Positions 19,856 to 29,780 of a stretch of 45,957 nt of DNA are shown in pieces. The first letter of the stretch is position 1, and the number at the start of each line of letters is the position of its first letter. The translations under genes were made by a program, and so were the position numbers. Under the pieces are notes generated by a model. It was not told the origin of the DNA. It saw only the letters and a program-made list of their open reading frames with translations, and did no database searches. Source of the stretch: a candidate division WOR-3 bacterium (GTDB lineage Bacteria > Hydrothermota > Tepidihabitantia > SM23-42 > JAOAFX01); NCBI GenBank assembly GCA_037444665.1, contig JBBILZ010000015.1, positions 1 to 45,957 of the forward strand. The letters are read 5' to 3'.

Positions 19856-21004
19856 TCAATCAACAATCAGGTCCAGGATATAGTTTGCCAGTTCCCATTT
19901 GCTCATCGTTCCTGGTTCAAATAATCTTCCATCTTTTGTAATGATTGTTGCTGAACTTGTGGACTTGCCAATAACAGATACTGGATTGGAAATGATAAAA
20001 TCCAGTCCTTTTTCCCTAATCTTTTTACGCGCCCGTTTTAAGGCATCTTTGTCTTCCACTGAGAATCCAACAAAAATCTTTTTCTTCTTATATTTACTGA
20101 TTGCCCGTAATATATCAATATTCTTTTTACAATCTAATGTCAGCGTTTTTGAATGGATTTTTGTGGTATTAAATTTTGACGGTTTATAATCGCCAATTGC
20201 AGCTGCCATTATTAAAACATCAGCCCAGACAATCTGTTGTTTCAACATATTATACATTTCTTCAGAGGTCCTTACCCGTTTTATCTCAGGTCCTTCCGGT
20301 ACAGAAATACTTACCTCACCTAAAATCAATTTTACATCTGCCTCGCGACATCTGGCTGATTCGTAAAGTTCCAGTGCCATCTGACCGCTTGAACGATTGG
20401 TCAGAACACGCACTGAATCAATATCTTCTTCGGTCCTGCCTCCAGTAATAAGAATCTTTTTACGGTTGAGCATTTTATAGCCTGCATAACAGACCTCTAT
20501 CTTTTTATAAATTCGTTCAACTGGAGGGAATCTTCCTTTTCCTATCTTACCTGAAGCAAGTGGTCCGGAATCTGGTTTTAGAAAATAACAACCATAATTT
20601 TGTAATCTTTTTACATTTTCCTGAACTATCTTGTTTTCCCACATTCCGGCATCCATTGCCGGCACAAAAAGGATTGGTTTTTGAAAAGATAAAAAGGTTG
20701 TAGACAAAAGGTCATCGCCAATACCATTGGCTGCCTTACCAATGATATTTGCCGTCGCAGGAGCAATGACAAGTATATCACCCCACTCATTTAAGGCAAT
20801 ATGTTTTATCCCTTTTGTGAGGCAGAACTGCTCTATATATACTTCGTTATCAGAGAGTGTCTGACAACTCAATGGTGTAACAAATTGGAGCGCAGATGGT
20901 GTCAAAACAACCTTCACTTCATTACCACGGCGTCTTAAAAATCTGATGAGTTCTAATGCTTTATAACCGGCAATAGAACCAGTAATCCCTAAAATAACCT
21001 TCAC
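19856..21004 (-). CDS. coaBC: Bifunctional phosphopantothenoylcysteine decarboxylase/synthetase
   Basis: GITGSIAGYK, APATANII, PAMD..MW, GKGR, VRVLTNRSSG. Confidence 0.95.
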   Translation of the reverse strand: MKVILGITGSIAGYKALELIRFLRRRGNEVKVVLTPSALQFVTPLSCQTLSDNEVYIEQFCLTKGIKHIALNEWGDILVIAPATANIIGKAANGIGDDLLSTTFLSFQKPILFVPAMDAGMWENKIVQENVKRLQNYGCYFLKPDSGPLASGKIGKGRFPPVERIYKKIEVCYAGYKMLNRKKILITGGRTEEDIDSVRVLTNRSSGQMALELYESARCREADVKLILGEVSISVPEGPEIKRVRTSEEMYNMLKQQIVWADVLIMAAAIGDYKPSKFNTTKIHSKTLTLDCKKNIDILRAISKYKKKKIFVGFSVEDKDALKRARKKIREKGLDFIISNPVSVIGKSTSSATIITKDGRLFEPGTMSKWELANYILDLIVD

Positions 21005-21186
21005 TCTTTATATTTTATTTCACCCTTTATACAACTTATCAATGCCTCTTTTACAGGATTAACCGCCTTATCAATCAAACCCTGCAGTTGTTTGTCTTTT
21101 ATTCTGCGCGCATGTAGCGCAGCAATGTTTATAGCCTTATATTTGTTCTGATAATGCTCCCAAATCTTGTCTATCGGGAATATCAT
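21001..21186 (-). CDS. rpoZ: RNA polymerase omega subunit
   Basis: NKYKAINIAALHARRI...NPVKEAL; GGAGG RBS before ATG 21186; directly upstream of coaBC. Confidence 0.85.
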   Translation of the reverse strand: MIFPIDKIWEHYQNKYKAINIAALHARRIKDKQLQGLIDKAVNPVKEALISCIKGEIKYKE

Positions 21187-21275
21187 AGACCTCCTTTTAA
21201 TCTTTTTGATAACAACCAAATCCCTGAAAATAATTGCTTTGCTAATTTTCTTAAATATCCAGAAGACCAATATTT

Positions 21276-21303
21276 ATTATAATGAAATTGGAATAAATGT
21301 CAA
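21276..21303 (-). promoter_or_regulatory. sigma70-type promoter of the rpoZ operon
   Basis: TTGACA-N16-TATAAT. Confidence 0.8.
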
Positions 21304-21311
21304 GCATTCCA

Positions 21312-21821
21312 CTAATATTCTATACCCTTTCTTGCCTTTACCCCCTTCTGGAAATAATGTTTAACTTCACAGATTTCACTGATCAAATCTGCATAGCCTT
21401 TAAATTGTTCAGGCATATATCTACCTGTAATAATCAGTTCTATTTTTCTTGGGATTTTCTCAAAAAGTTCAAGCACTGCTTTAACAGGAATTAATCCATA
21501 ATCCACTGCAACATTCAACTCATCAAGAATAACAATATCAAATTTCTTGCTCTTTATTACCTGTTTTGCCCTTTCAAACCCTTCCATTGCAAATTTTTTA
21601 TCAATCTCTGCGGGATTGTCTCTATCCACAAAATCAGGCCTTCCAAACTGCTCAATTGTAAAATTCTTCAGATATTTTGCAGATTTTAGTTCACCATAAT
21701 TAATCTTACCTTTCATAAATTGAATCATTATCACCTTTTTATTATGGCCTATTGCACGCAATGCCAGACCCAGTGCTGCTGTGGTCTTCCCCTTTCCATT
21801 ACCAGTATAAATTTGAATCAT
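21312..21821 (-). CDS. btuR: Cob(I)alamin adenosyltransferase (BtuR/CobO)
   Basis: YTGNGKGKTTAALG, IQFMKG, ILDE, ITGR, KHYF, ARKGIEY. Confidence 0.93.
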   Translation of the reverse strand: MIQIYTGNGKGKTTAALGLALRAIGHNKKVIMIQFMKGKINYGELKSAKYLKNFTIEQFGRPDFVDRDNPAEIDKKFAMEGFERAKQVIKSKKFDIVILDELNVAVDYGLIPVKAVLELFEKIPRKIELIITGRYMPEQFKGYADLISEICEVKHYFQKGVKARKGIEY

Positions 21822-21859
21822 TAAATCCCCTTATAAGGAAACTATATACCGGACATTCA

Positions 21860-22279
21860 TTACAGGTCAAGCAGGTTAAGACCAGTTATTAAGTCTTTCT
21901 TCCTTTTTAATATGCCCGCAAGTGGGAAGATAACAATCTCGCAGGTTGCCGGAACATATCCTTCAAACAGATGGCCACCAAAGGCATTGAATTTTGAATC
22001 AGTAATAGTGATATGAATATGGATTACTGGTTCTTTTCCAGCATAAGAAATATTGCCGAGAAGACTGGTAAATTCGTATTCTGCATTGAATTTTTTCTTA
22101 ATGTACGATTTTTTATGGGCATCAAAATAACCAAGGGTAAGTTTTTCACCTACACCCAGTCCATAAAGAAAAGCACCTTTTACCTTTGTCTTTTTCACAA
22201 AATTTATAATTGTAGCGATGATTTCTTCACCTTTTTGCAGACGCAAAACATAGTAATTTTTAAATCTTCTATATTGCAT
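21860..22279 (-). CDS. PPC (DUF296) domain protein
   Basis: LRLQKGEEI, SLLGNI, HIHIT, GGHL. Confidence 0.9.
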   Translation of the reverse strand: MQYRRFKNYYVLRLQKGEEIIATIINFVKKTKVKGAFLYGLGVGEKLTLGYFDAHKKSYIKKKFNAEYEFTSLLGNISYAGKEPVIHIHITITDSKFNAFGGHLFEGYVPATCEIVIFPLAGILKRKKDLITGLNLLDL

Positions 22280-22324
22280 AATAGTTACCTTTCACTTTTT
22301 TCCTTTTTCCTGCACAATCTGTCT

Positions 22325-23041
22325 TCATTTTCCTGATGGCTTAACAATTCTGCATTCTCCTGCCATCACTTTTTCAATCTTTCCGTCAGGGAGCGAAAGA
22401 ATTAGTGCACCATTTCCTCCTATATCAATTACCCTTCCAGTTATCACTCTATCAGGCGTCTCAACACTCACGGTCTTACCAAACATTACTGTATAATTAC
22501 GCCATTTCTGCAGGATTTCATTCACTTTATTTTTCTTTAGTTGGTCATAGCCACGCTCCAGTTCCTGACAGATGTCATTATATATCATCATTTTATCAAA
22601 CATTTTCTTTGTTTCTAAAAAGATAGAAGTAGCAGTATTCTTCAACTCTGCAGGAAATTCTGTAATATTCAAATTTATACCCATACCAATTATTACTGCA
22701 TTGTCAATGGTTTCAATAAGGATTCCTGCAACCTTTTTTTCGTTAAGTAGAATATCATTGGGCCATTTTATACCAAGTAGAATATCATAAGCATTAAATA
22801 CTTCGCAGATGGAGACTCCGGCAAGAACCGGTATTAATAAGGGTTTATCAGGAAAAAGGATTACAGACATATATATTCCGCCTTCTGGCGAAAACCACTT
22901 ACGGTCAAGTCTGCCCTTACCTTCTGTCTGTGTCTCAGCAAAGACTACTGCACCCTCTTTGATATTACCGAGAATCCTTTTTGCATATTCATTTGTAGAA
23001 TCAAGTTCATCAAAGAAATAGATCTGTGAACCAATCATCAA
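22325..23041 (-). CDS. birA: Biotin-protein ligase (group I, no HTH)
   Basis: DSTN, QTEGKGRLDRKW.SP, KWPND, KVAGIL, GMGIN. Confidence 0.93.
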   Translation of the reverse strand: MMIGSQIYFFDELDSTNEYAKRILGNIKEGAVVFAETQTEGKGRLDRKWFSPEGGIYMSVILFPDKPLLIPVLAGVSICEVFNAYDILLGIKWPNDILLNEKKVAGILIETIDNAVIIGMGINLNITEFPAELKNTATSIFLETKKMFDKMMIYNDICQELERGYDQLKKNKVNEILQKWRNYTVMFGKTVSVETPDRVITGRVIDIGGNGALILSLPDGKIEKVMAGECRIVKPSGK

Positions 23042-23049
23042 TAGTATTC

Positions 23050-24297
23050 CTATTCTGATTTTCTAAAAATCATTGCAACCACAGTTTTATCATCTCCACC
23101 CATACTTAAAAGCATGCCAAATGGACGCGCAGGGTCAATTTTGACCTGGCAATCGCCTGCCGTATTTAATAACTGATGAACCACATCCACTGCCTGCCGC
23201 ACACCAGTTGCACCGGTTGGATGGCCATAACCAATAAGGCCACCAGTAGTATTTGTCGGGATCTCACCGGTCAATTTTGTCTTACCTGCCTTTACAAAAT
23301 CTGCACCTTCTCCATAGCCTGCAAATCCTGCTGCCTCAACTGCCATAATGCCCGCAATCGTAAAACAATCATGAACCTCAAGCACGCTCAAATCTGCAGG
23401 TTTTATACCTGCCCGCTCATATGCCCTCTTTGCAGCAATCTCACAGGTCGTTAACTTTGTCAGTTCTGGCGGTGCTGTTGTCAGGTTATCCTGCACCTGC
23501 GCAAAAGCAATAACCTCAATCGCATCATTTTTTTCAACTCCAATCTTCTTTAACCCTTCTTCTGAAGCAAAGATTAAAGCACTCGCCCCATCTGATACCT
23601 TTGAACAATCATAAACATTCAAAAATTCACAGAATGCTCTGGGATTGGGTTTTGACATACCCAATGCGAATAGATCCTGAACTGTATTATGGTATTCCTG
23701 TGCCTTTGGATTCCTTCTTGCATTCTCAATTGCATTCACAAACCACTGCGCCATCGCTTCTCTGGTCTTTGTCTCACCAAACTTTTTCATATAAGCACCG
23801 GCACGCTGCGAAAATCGGTCAGGAAAGAAATATGCATGCCCATTCTTTCTTTCACCAGAGAACCATCCTGCTGCGGCAAGATAATCAGCACAATATAGTG
23901 CCTTGACCGTATTTTGAATTTCCACGCCGATACAGAGCACAACATCAGCAAGGTCTGAAAGGATATTCTTTACTGAGGTAACCAGTGCAAGTCCGCCAGA
24001 ATCACAGGCACCCTCAACATGTATACAGGGTTTATATTGGAATGTCTGGTGAACATAAGGAAAGAATCCGCCCAGATTACCCTGTTTACAGAATCTGTCT
24101 GCCATAAAATTACCAATGACCCCTTCATCAATATTTTCAGGATTCTTTATCTGCTCAATTGCACCGAGCCCGGCTTCCTTTATGTAATGCTCAATGCCCG
24201 GCCTTGGTTTTTTCGGATGGAACTCTTTTCTTCCTGTGCCTAAGGCGATTGTGTTGTATCCGGCACAGGCATAAATCTTCTTCCTAAAAAAAGGCAT
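23050..24297 (-). CDS. SCP2-type thiolase family protein
   Basis: EGACDSGG, SKVSDGA, EVHDCF, GHPTGATG. Confidence 0.9.
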   Translation of the reverse strand: MPFFRKKIYACAGYNTIALGTGRKEFHPKKPRPGIEHYIKEAGLGAIEQIKNPENIDEGVIGNFMADRFCKQGNLGGFFPYVHQTFQYKPCIHVEGACDSGGLALVTSVKNILSDLADVVLCIGVEIQNTVKALYCADYLAAAGWFSGERKNGHAYFFPDRFSQRAGAYMKKFGETKTREAMAQWFVNAIENARRNPKAQEYHNTVQDLFALGMSKPNPRAFCEFLNVYDCSKVSDGASALIFASEEGLKKIGVEKNDAIEVIAFAQVQDNLTTAPPELTKLTTCEIAAKRAYERAGIKPADLSVLEVHDCFTIAGIMAVEAAGFAGYGEGADFVKAGKTKLTGEIPTNTTGGLIGYGHPTGATGVRQAVDVVHQLLNTAGDCQVKIDPARPFGMLLSMGGDDKTVVAMIFRKSE

Positions 24298-24324
24298 AAA
24301 ACCTCCTCATAAATAAAGATAAAT

Positions 24325-24384
24325 AAATGCCTAAATACCTAAAAATTAAGTAATTTAGGAATTCTGGACTTTCAGGCATTTTAA
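24325..24384. repeat. Octamer-based (AATGCCTA-like) palindromic intergenic repeat
   Basis: Forward units 24326-24341 and inverted units 24354-24380; 24/27 match (rc) to 36581-36607. Confidence 0.65.
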
Positions 24385-25712
24385 ATGTAGTCATTTATTG
24401 GTCCGTATAGCCAGTAAAAGCCATTGGTTAGAACTGCGTTGACATCATTACCTGAATCTGCCACCTTCTGTGCTACAAGATTTTCCGCAATCTCTTTTGT
24501 TTTTTTCAGATAACTTAAAGCGAGCTGGGCGCCCATTGTATCCATCTTCTTCAATAAAGAAAAGTGATTTCTCAATTTATCTTCTTTTTTATTATCGCCA
24601 AGCAGAGCCTTCCAGGGGGCAAAACCTTCAGGCAGTGGACCAATTACCTTATCCAGTTTCTTTTTAAAATTATCATCTATGGAAACATACTCACCTTTTT
24701 TCAAATCATAGATGCCAACTGGACGGTTTTTATCGTACTTTAAAAATCCATCTTTTTGCGAACCATCTGGATACTGTCCACCCTTTATTCCATTCTTCAT
24801 CATCTTATCAATCAATTTGTGTTTTAATGAATCATCACCAAGATGTGCTCTCATCACCTTGAGAATGCACTGGAATACATCAATACCCACATAATCAATC
24901 AACTGAAAGATTCCCATAGGTCTCAAAAGAAAATCCTGACTAACACGGTTCATTATATAGACCGCGCCAGGCAGTTTGAATCTGCCTTTCAGTCTCAAAA
25001 CCTCATCAAGGGCAAAAAGCCCATCACGCATAAAGTGTCCATTGCCAATAAATCCTGATATATCATTTGCTGGCACAAGAATTTTACGCAGCCTTTTTCC
25101 AAGTTCAGTGGCAATGTTTTTCAATTCTTCCTTTGTTCTCTTTGAACTTATCACCTCAACAAGTTTCTGCACAACTGGTGGATTATAAAAATGGTAGCCA
25201 ATCAATCGCCCATCAAGGTCAGATTTTTCATCAAGATAACCAATGGGAATGCTTGAAGTATTGGTTAAAAAGAATGCATCTTCAGGAACAATCTTTTTTA
25301 GTTGTTTGTAAGTCTTGATCTTTATCTTTTCATCTTCAATAATGGCTTCAAAGATAAGGTGGCAATCCTTTGCAAGTATTAAATCAGTGCCAAAATTCAA
25401 TAATTTCATCCCATCATTCACATAGGCATCAACGACCTCTGCATTCTCCACAAGGTCAGCACGGTCTTTATAAGTAGAACGTAATGTGACGATAGATTTC
25501 TCAGCCGCCCTGACAAACTGCGCCTTCATATAGTCCCTTAATCCATCAAGCCCTTTTTCACTTACATCAATAAGATTCAAACGAAAAATCTTATCCGGAC
25601 TTGAAAATTTTAATCTCAACATCTCTTGAGCAATCAGCACCGCAATACCGCTGCCCATCTTGCCTGCAGCACCGATTACTGCAACACTTTGGAGCCTCTC
25701 ATCTAAATTCAT
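24381..25712 (-). CDS. 3-hydroxyacyl-CoA dehydrogenase family protein
   Basis: VIGAAGKMGSGIA, FEAIIE, TNTSS, GYHFYNP, GFIGN, PMGIFQLIDYVGID. Confidence 0.9.
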   Translation of the reverse strand: MNLDERLQSVAVIGAAGKMGSGIAVLIAQEMLRLKFSSPDKIFRLNLIDVSEKGLDGLRDYMKAQFVRAAEKSIVTLRSTYKDRADLVENAEVVDAYVNDGMKLLNFGTDLILAKDCHLIFEAIIEDEKIKIKTYKQLKKIVPEDAFFLTNTSSIPIGYLDEKSDLDGRLIGYHFYNPPVVQKLVEVISSKRTKEELKNIATELGKRLRKILVPANDISGFIGNGHFMRDGLFALDEVLRLKGRFKLPGAVYIMNRVSQDFLLRPMGIFQLIDYVGIDVFQCILKVMRAHLGDDSLKHKLIDKMMKNGIKGGQYPDGSQKDGFLKYDKNRPVGIYDLKKGEYVSIDDNFKKKLDKVIGPLPEGFAPWKALLGDNKKEDKLRNHFSLLKKMDTMGAQLALSYLKKTKEIAENLVAQKVADSGNDVNAVLTNGFYWLYGPINDYI

Positions 25713-25743
25713 TAAAACCTCCCTTTAATATTACTTTTATTAG

Positions 25744-25893
25744 TAATAGTTTAGCCACCCTGAAATTGTAGTTGCTTGATTTATCAAGCACAAAAAGAGC
25801 CCAATGCTCCGTCCCGATGGGACGAGAGTCCCTTTGGGAAATTGGACAACTACATTGATTTAATCTCCATTTTTTAGAATGGCTAACCTATTA
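25744..25893. repeat. Nested inverted-repeat element with a GTAG-REP doublet
   Basis: Outer IR 25744-57/25880-93; TGTAGTTG/CAACTACA 25767-74/25847-54; hairpins 25773-90, 25810-24 and 25829-39. Confidence 0.75.
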
Positions 25894-25996
25894 TTTTTAT
25901 TAAATATTAAAATAATCCTGCCATAACGAACAAGCCCACTCTAAATTTATCTTCCGAAAATCTTGCTTTTTATTTCTTTAATGAATATTCGTTAAA

Positions 25997-26024
25997 ATTA
26001 TATCCATAAATTGCAGTTTGTCTA
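25997..26024 (-). promoter_or_regulatory. sigma70-type promoter
   Basis: TAGACA-N16-TATAAT, about 280 nt upstream of ATG 25712. Confidence 0.6.
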
Positions 26025-26066
26025 TACTTTTGTTTTATCCATTAAATCAGATATTGATTAATTTTT

Positions 26067-28226
26067 TTAGCGCAAAAGTATTAATTTATTGATTTGTTCA
26101 AATCCACCTGTTTTTAATTTAACAAAATATACCCCGGTGGATAAATTTTTACCGCAATTATCTTCCCCGTTCCAATTAACCACATAATTACCCGCCGCCT
26201 GTTTTTCATTTATTAGAGTCTTTACCAATTGCCCGGTAACATTATAAATTTTTAGTTCAACACGGCACACTATCCCAATTGAATATTTAATATTAACAAC
26301 ATAAGTAGATGGATTAGGATAACATTCTAATTTGACACTATTTAACTCAGACTGTTTCGTTTCCATTTTGGAAGAATTAGGAAAAAGTATGGGCTCTTTA
26401 ATATAGTATGGATTTTGCGCTACAGAACAGAAGGCATTGATCTCACCACTATAACGACTACTATCTATCTGTAAACCAACATTTTCATAATTGGTTCCAT
26501 ATAGGTCAGAGTTGACATATGTCCAACCCTTGACCATCGGGAAATTATTCGGAAATTCATCAGCGAAATCATTCAGAAAGATATCGGTCATATCCATTAT
26601 TCCGGTGCTGTCAGAATGGACTGCAAATTCAATTGCAATAATAGGTTTTGTAGGATTGAGCATTAAGAGCGAATCATAGCAGGCAGTAATTATATAAGAG
26701 AGTGTTCGTAATGTATCATTTATTACACCATGATGTGCACTTATTGAATGCCAATCAACATAACCATCAGAATAATAATTAGAAAGATTGGTCCAGGAAC
26801 CACAATGTGCTGGGTCTACAATGGGATGTGCCTGCATTGTCCAGATTATGTTATCAGCACCAACACTATTAAATACACTCTTGATGTGCAAAAGTGCATC
26901 CCTTAATCTTTCTGGACCATCCGGAACATTGGGGTCGCCATAATAATTGCTAATACTCTCTGCCGGCACTGTATCACAATAGGCAATCAAACTATCTCCA
27001 ATCCAGGAATTACCAATTTCACCCATAAGTGAACGGGGCGGGATTGATCTTCCTCTGGGACCAAAATTGGCTATACCGTGGTAAGGAACAAACCCTTGAT
27101 TATACTCTATTGCTGGATTGAGGATAATGGGAATCTTCCATTCTTTGACTTCTATTGCAAAAGTAGTAAGCTCCGCATCAAAATCTCCCTCAATGATATC
27201 CTGTAAAAGATATGTAGAGTCCATTATGGACAGCCAGAATTTTTGCCGATCAATTGTGCTATTAATAATGGGCCATTGATAAACCGGGATAGCCCCATTA
27301 CGAGCAATAAAATCACACCCAGCCCTATCAAAGTGATAGAAATTTAATGTATCACCCCAGCCCCCGATGTAAAGGGTCATCAATGCGCTTTTTAATCCGG
27401 TAAGTCTTTCAAAATCCAAAACTTCATCACCCCAGTACATAATAGGGAAGATACCAGTATAGGCACCTGTTGATGGAAGACCTACTTCGCTTGCGGGATA
27501 AGAATTACTATTCAGTGAATCACAACCTGCAAATTTTTCTAAGATATTAAACCAGCCATCATTATCAGCATCCCAATCGTTTTCATTGGGAATTCCATCA
27601 CCATCAATATCATTTGGTGATGCACTATCTGCAGAAAAATAACCAATATCATCAAGCCAGAAATCTTCACTCTTTCCTGCCTGCTGGCGTTGGGGATTAA
27701 AGGTTAGTGAATGAATATGGGAAGGAATTATTTCTGGTCTATTCACTGCGCTGGGCGGATAAGAAAAATCCTGCCATCGGAGATAGTATGGTCTCCACAA
27801 AGAATCAATTTTTATTTTGACATAAGGAGCAGGGTCATTACCTGGGTTAATCTCGGTTGTAATAACACTTATATGCCAGATGCCATTACCCCTTGCATAG
27901 AAAATAATACCATCGCCACCAAATGAATTATAAAAATTCATTCCAACAAAAGATGCATAATTGTTATTCTGTAGCACATAATAGTTGCCATGCCCGGCAT
28001 ATATGCTTCCTCCGTATCCTGCGCCTGAATCTGCCTCAAAGATTGCGCTACACCCGGGGGCAGTAGCAACAGCCCAGTAATATGGAGTATTGTTATTACC
28101 ATCTTCAAAATCCTCCAGTATTGTCACTGCGCCAGATTGTGAAGTATAGATTAACAAAAGAACCACCAGTAATTGTGATACTAAAGATACACTCTTTAAC
28201 AAAAAAGATTTTTGTTGAACAATCAT
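26067..28226 (-). CDS. Secreted modular protein: CBM11/CIA30-like, DxDxDG Ca-binding linker, GH26-like domain, FlgD/T9SS-like CTD
   Basis: Signal peptide, LEDFEDG...FWLDDI, DIDGDG/DADNDG, AIEYN and KPIIAIEF glutamates, YPNP...GVYFVKL. Confidence 0.65.
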   Translation of the reverse strand: MIVQQKSFLLKSVSLVSQLLVVLLLIYTSQSGAVTILEDFEDGNNNTPYYWAVATAPGCSAIFEADSGAGYGGSIYAGHGNYYVLQNNNYASFVGMNFYNSFGGDGIIFYARGNGIWHISVITTEINPGNDPAPYVKIKIDSLWRPYYLRWQDFSYPPSAVNRPEIIPSHIHSLTFNPQRQQAGKSEDFWLDDIGYFSADSASPNDIDGDGIPNENDWDADNDGWFNILEKFAGCDSLNSNSYPASEVGLPSTGAYTGIFPIMYWGDEVLDFERLTGLKSALMTLYIGGWGDTLNFYHFDRAGCDFIARNGAIPVYQWPIINSTIDRQKFWLSIMDSTYLLQDIIEGDFDAELTTFAIEVKEWKIPIILNPAIEYNQGFVPYHGIANFGPRGRSIPPRSLMGEIGNSWIGDSLIAYCDTVPAESISNYYGDPNVPDGPERLRDALLHIKSVFNSVGADNIIWTMQAHPIVDPAHCGSWTNLSNYYSDGYVDWHSISAHHGVINDTLRTLSYIITACYDSLLMLNPTKPIIAIEFAVHSDSTGIMDMTDIFLNDFADEFPNNFPMVKGWTYVNSDLYGTNYENVGLQIDSSRYSGEINAFCSVAQNPYYIKEPILFPNSSKMETKQSELNSVKLECYPNPSTYVVNIKYSIGIVCRVELKIYNVTGQLVKTLINEKQAAGNYVVNWNGEDNCGKNLSTGVYFVKLKTGGFEQINKLILLR

Positions 28227-28235
28227 TTTTTCAAA

Positions 28236-29780
28236 TTACCTTAGTTTGAGATGACTTAATTTTCTGATATCTAAAAATTTATTATCAATCTTTAGAACGC
28301 AAAAATATATGCCGCCAGCAAGGTGTTGTGCATCATAGGACAGTGAATTAATTCCCGCAGGAAATTCCCCCTGTGCCAGGGTCTGAACCTTTCTGCCAAG
28401 TGCATCATAAATTATTAACGAAACTACAGAGGTATGCGGGAGTGAGAAGTTTATTGTAGCATTTAAATAGAATGGTTCGGGGAATATCCACAACATTTTC
28501 ATTGGATGTAAATCTGATGCAAACTTATCTTCTGCTCCCTGGACATATCCCAGTGTATCTGCCTTGATCACCCAGAAATCAGCAGGACCAAGTGTTAAAC
28601 TGTCCCAGGAATTTGCATCTTTCCAGCCTGCAATAACAATACCATTATCTGAGGTTGGTATAATGAATGTGGGGTCGTCATTTAATGGACCACCCCACCA
28701 TCTTGTCCATACTGTGTCACCGGAGTCATTCAACCGGAGAAGCCACCAGTTATCATACTCCATACCCGGTGGATTATAAGTTTGTGAATAAGCACTGAGA
28801 TAATAACCACCATTATCGCTCTGAAATATACTCAAACCACCATCATATCTATTGTAACCACCATAGAGCTTTGACCACACTGTATCAGCGTTTGCATTTA
28901 ACTTTAATACCCAGATATCGCGACAGGGAAAATTGTCATATACACTGGTTTGACCGGCTATTATTGCTCCTCCATCATCGGTATTTGCGATACAGTCCAG
29001 ATAATCAAGGCTATCACGGTCAAATATTACAGACTTTAAGATATTTCCTGCAGAATCAATTACAAGGTATGTGCCAAAGCCCATATATGCAAAAGTAGGA
29101 GGTCCTAATTGACCGGTGATGTTGAATACAGTCATTAAATATTTATTCCCTTGAAAAGAAACTATCCCCTGTCCCTGGTCCTGATATCCAAAATCGTATG
29201 TCCTTGTCCAGATGGTATCGCCATTTGTATTCAATTTTAATAGCCAGACATCTTTACCACCGTTTTGAGAGCCAAAGGATTTTGTATCACCAAGAATCAT
29301 ATAGGTTCCATCTGGATTCTGAATTATTTCATTAGCATTGTCTTCCATTGCACCACCAAATCTTTTCTCCTGCAAGAGATTACCCTCAGTATCATATTTT
29401 AAAAACCAGACCTGTTTTTCTACCAATGGAGACTCATATCTTGAGCCGACAAAGACAAGTTCACCATTGTTATTCAATATTACATCAAAGATATAGTCAC
29501 CAGCCGTGCTTCCAATCGTCCTTGTCCAGAGTGTATCACCATAGTGATTTATCTTCACAATATAGCCATCTTTGTCCCATAGTATAATTGGATGCCAGGT
29601 TCCGCCGCAAACAACGAAATCACCATTACTTGTCTCAACGATTCCGCCAAATGCAAAGTCGGCACGGTCAGGAATACCATATTGCCGCTGCCAGGTTGGA
29701 ATCTGTCCTGAAGAAATAACGATTGAAAGGAGTAGTATCAAAAAGGTTTTTTTCAAAAAAGGCACGACATCAGTCTCCAA
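28236..29780 (-). CDS. Secreted repeat (beta-propeller-like) protein with T9SS-like CTD
   Basis: Repeats D.WLLK....GDT.WTRT.G; CTD IFPEPF...IYDALGRKV...GIYF; start may be GTG 29765. Confidence 0.75.
   Translation of the reverse strand: METDVVPFLKKTFLILLLSIVISSGQIPTWQRQYGIPDRADFAFGGIVETSNGDFVVCGGTWHPIILWDKDGYIVKINHYGDTLWTRTIGSTAGDYIFDVILNNNGELVFVGSRYESPLVEKQVWFLKYDTEGNLLQEKRFGGAMEDNANEIIQNPDGTYMILGDTKSFGSQNGGKDVWLLKLNTNGDTIWTRTYDFGYQDQGQGIVSFQGNKYLMTVFNITGQLGPPTFAYMGFGTYLVIDSAGNILKSVIFDRDSLDYLDCIANTDDGGAIIAGQTSVYDNFPCRDIWVLKLNANADTVWSKLYGGYNRYDGGLSIFQSDNGGYYLSAYSQTYNPPGMEYDNWWLLRLNDSGDTVWTRWWGGPLNDDPTFIIPTSDNGIVIAGWKDANSWDSLTLGPADFWVIKADTLGYVQGAEDKFASDLHPMKMLWIFPEPFYLNATINFSLPHTSVVSLIIYDALGRKVQTLAQGEFPAGINSLSYDAQHLAGGIYFCVLKIDNKFLDIRKLSHLKLR

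Noticed and set aside
17064..21270. Extended ORF-track starts for mlaD (17105), mlaE (18650) and rpoZ (21270)
   Set aside because: They overlap upstream genes or leader DNA; downstream starts have SD or coupling support.
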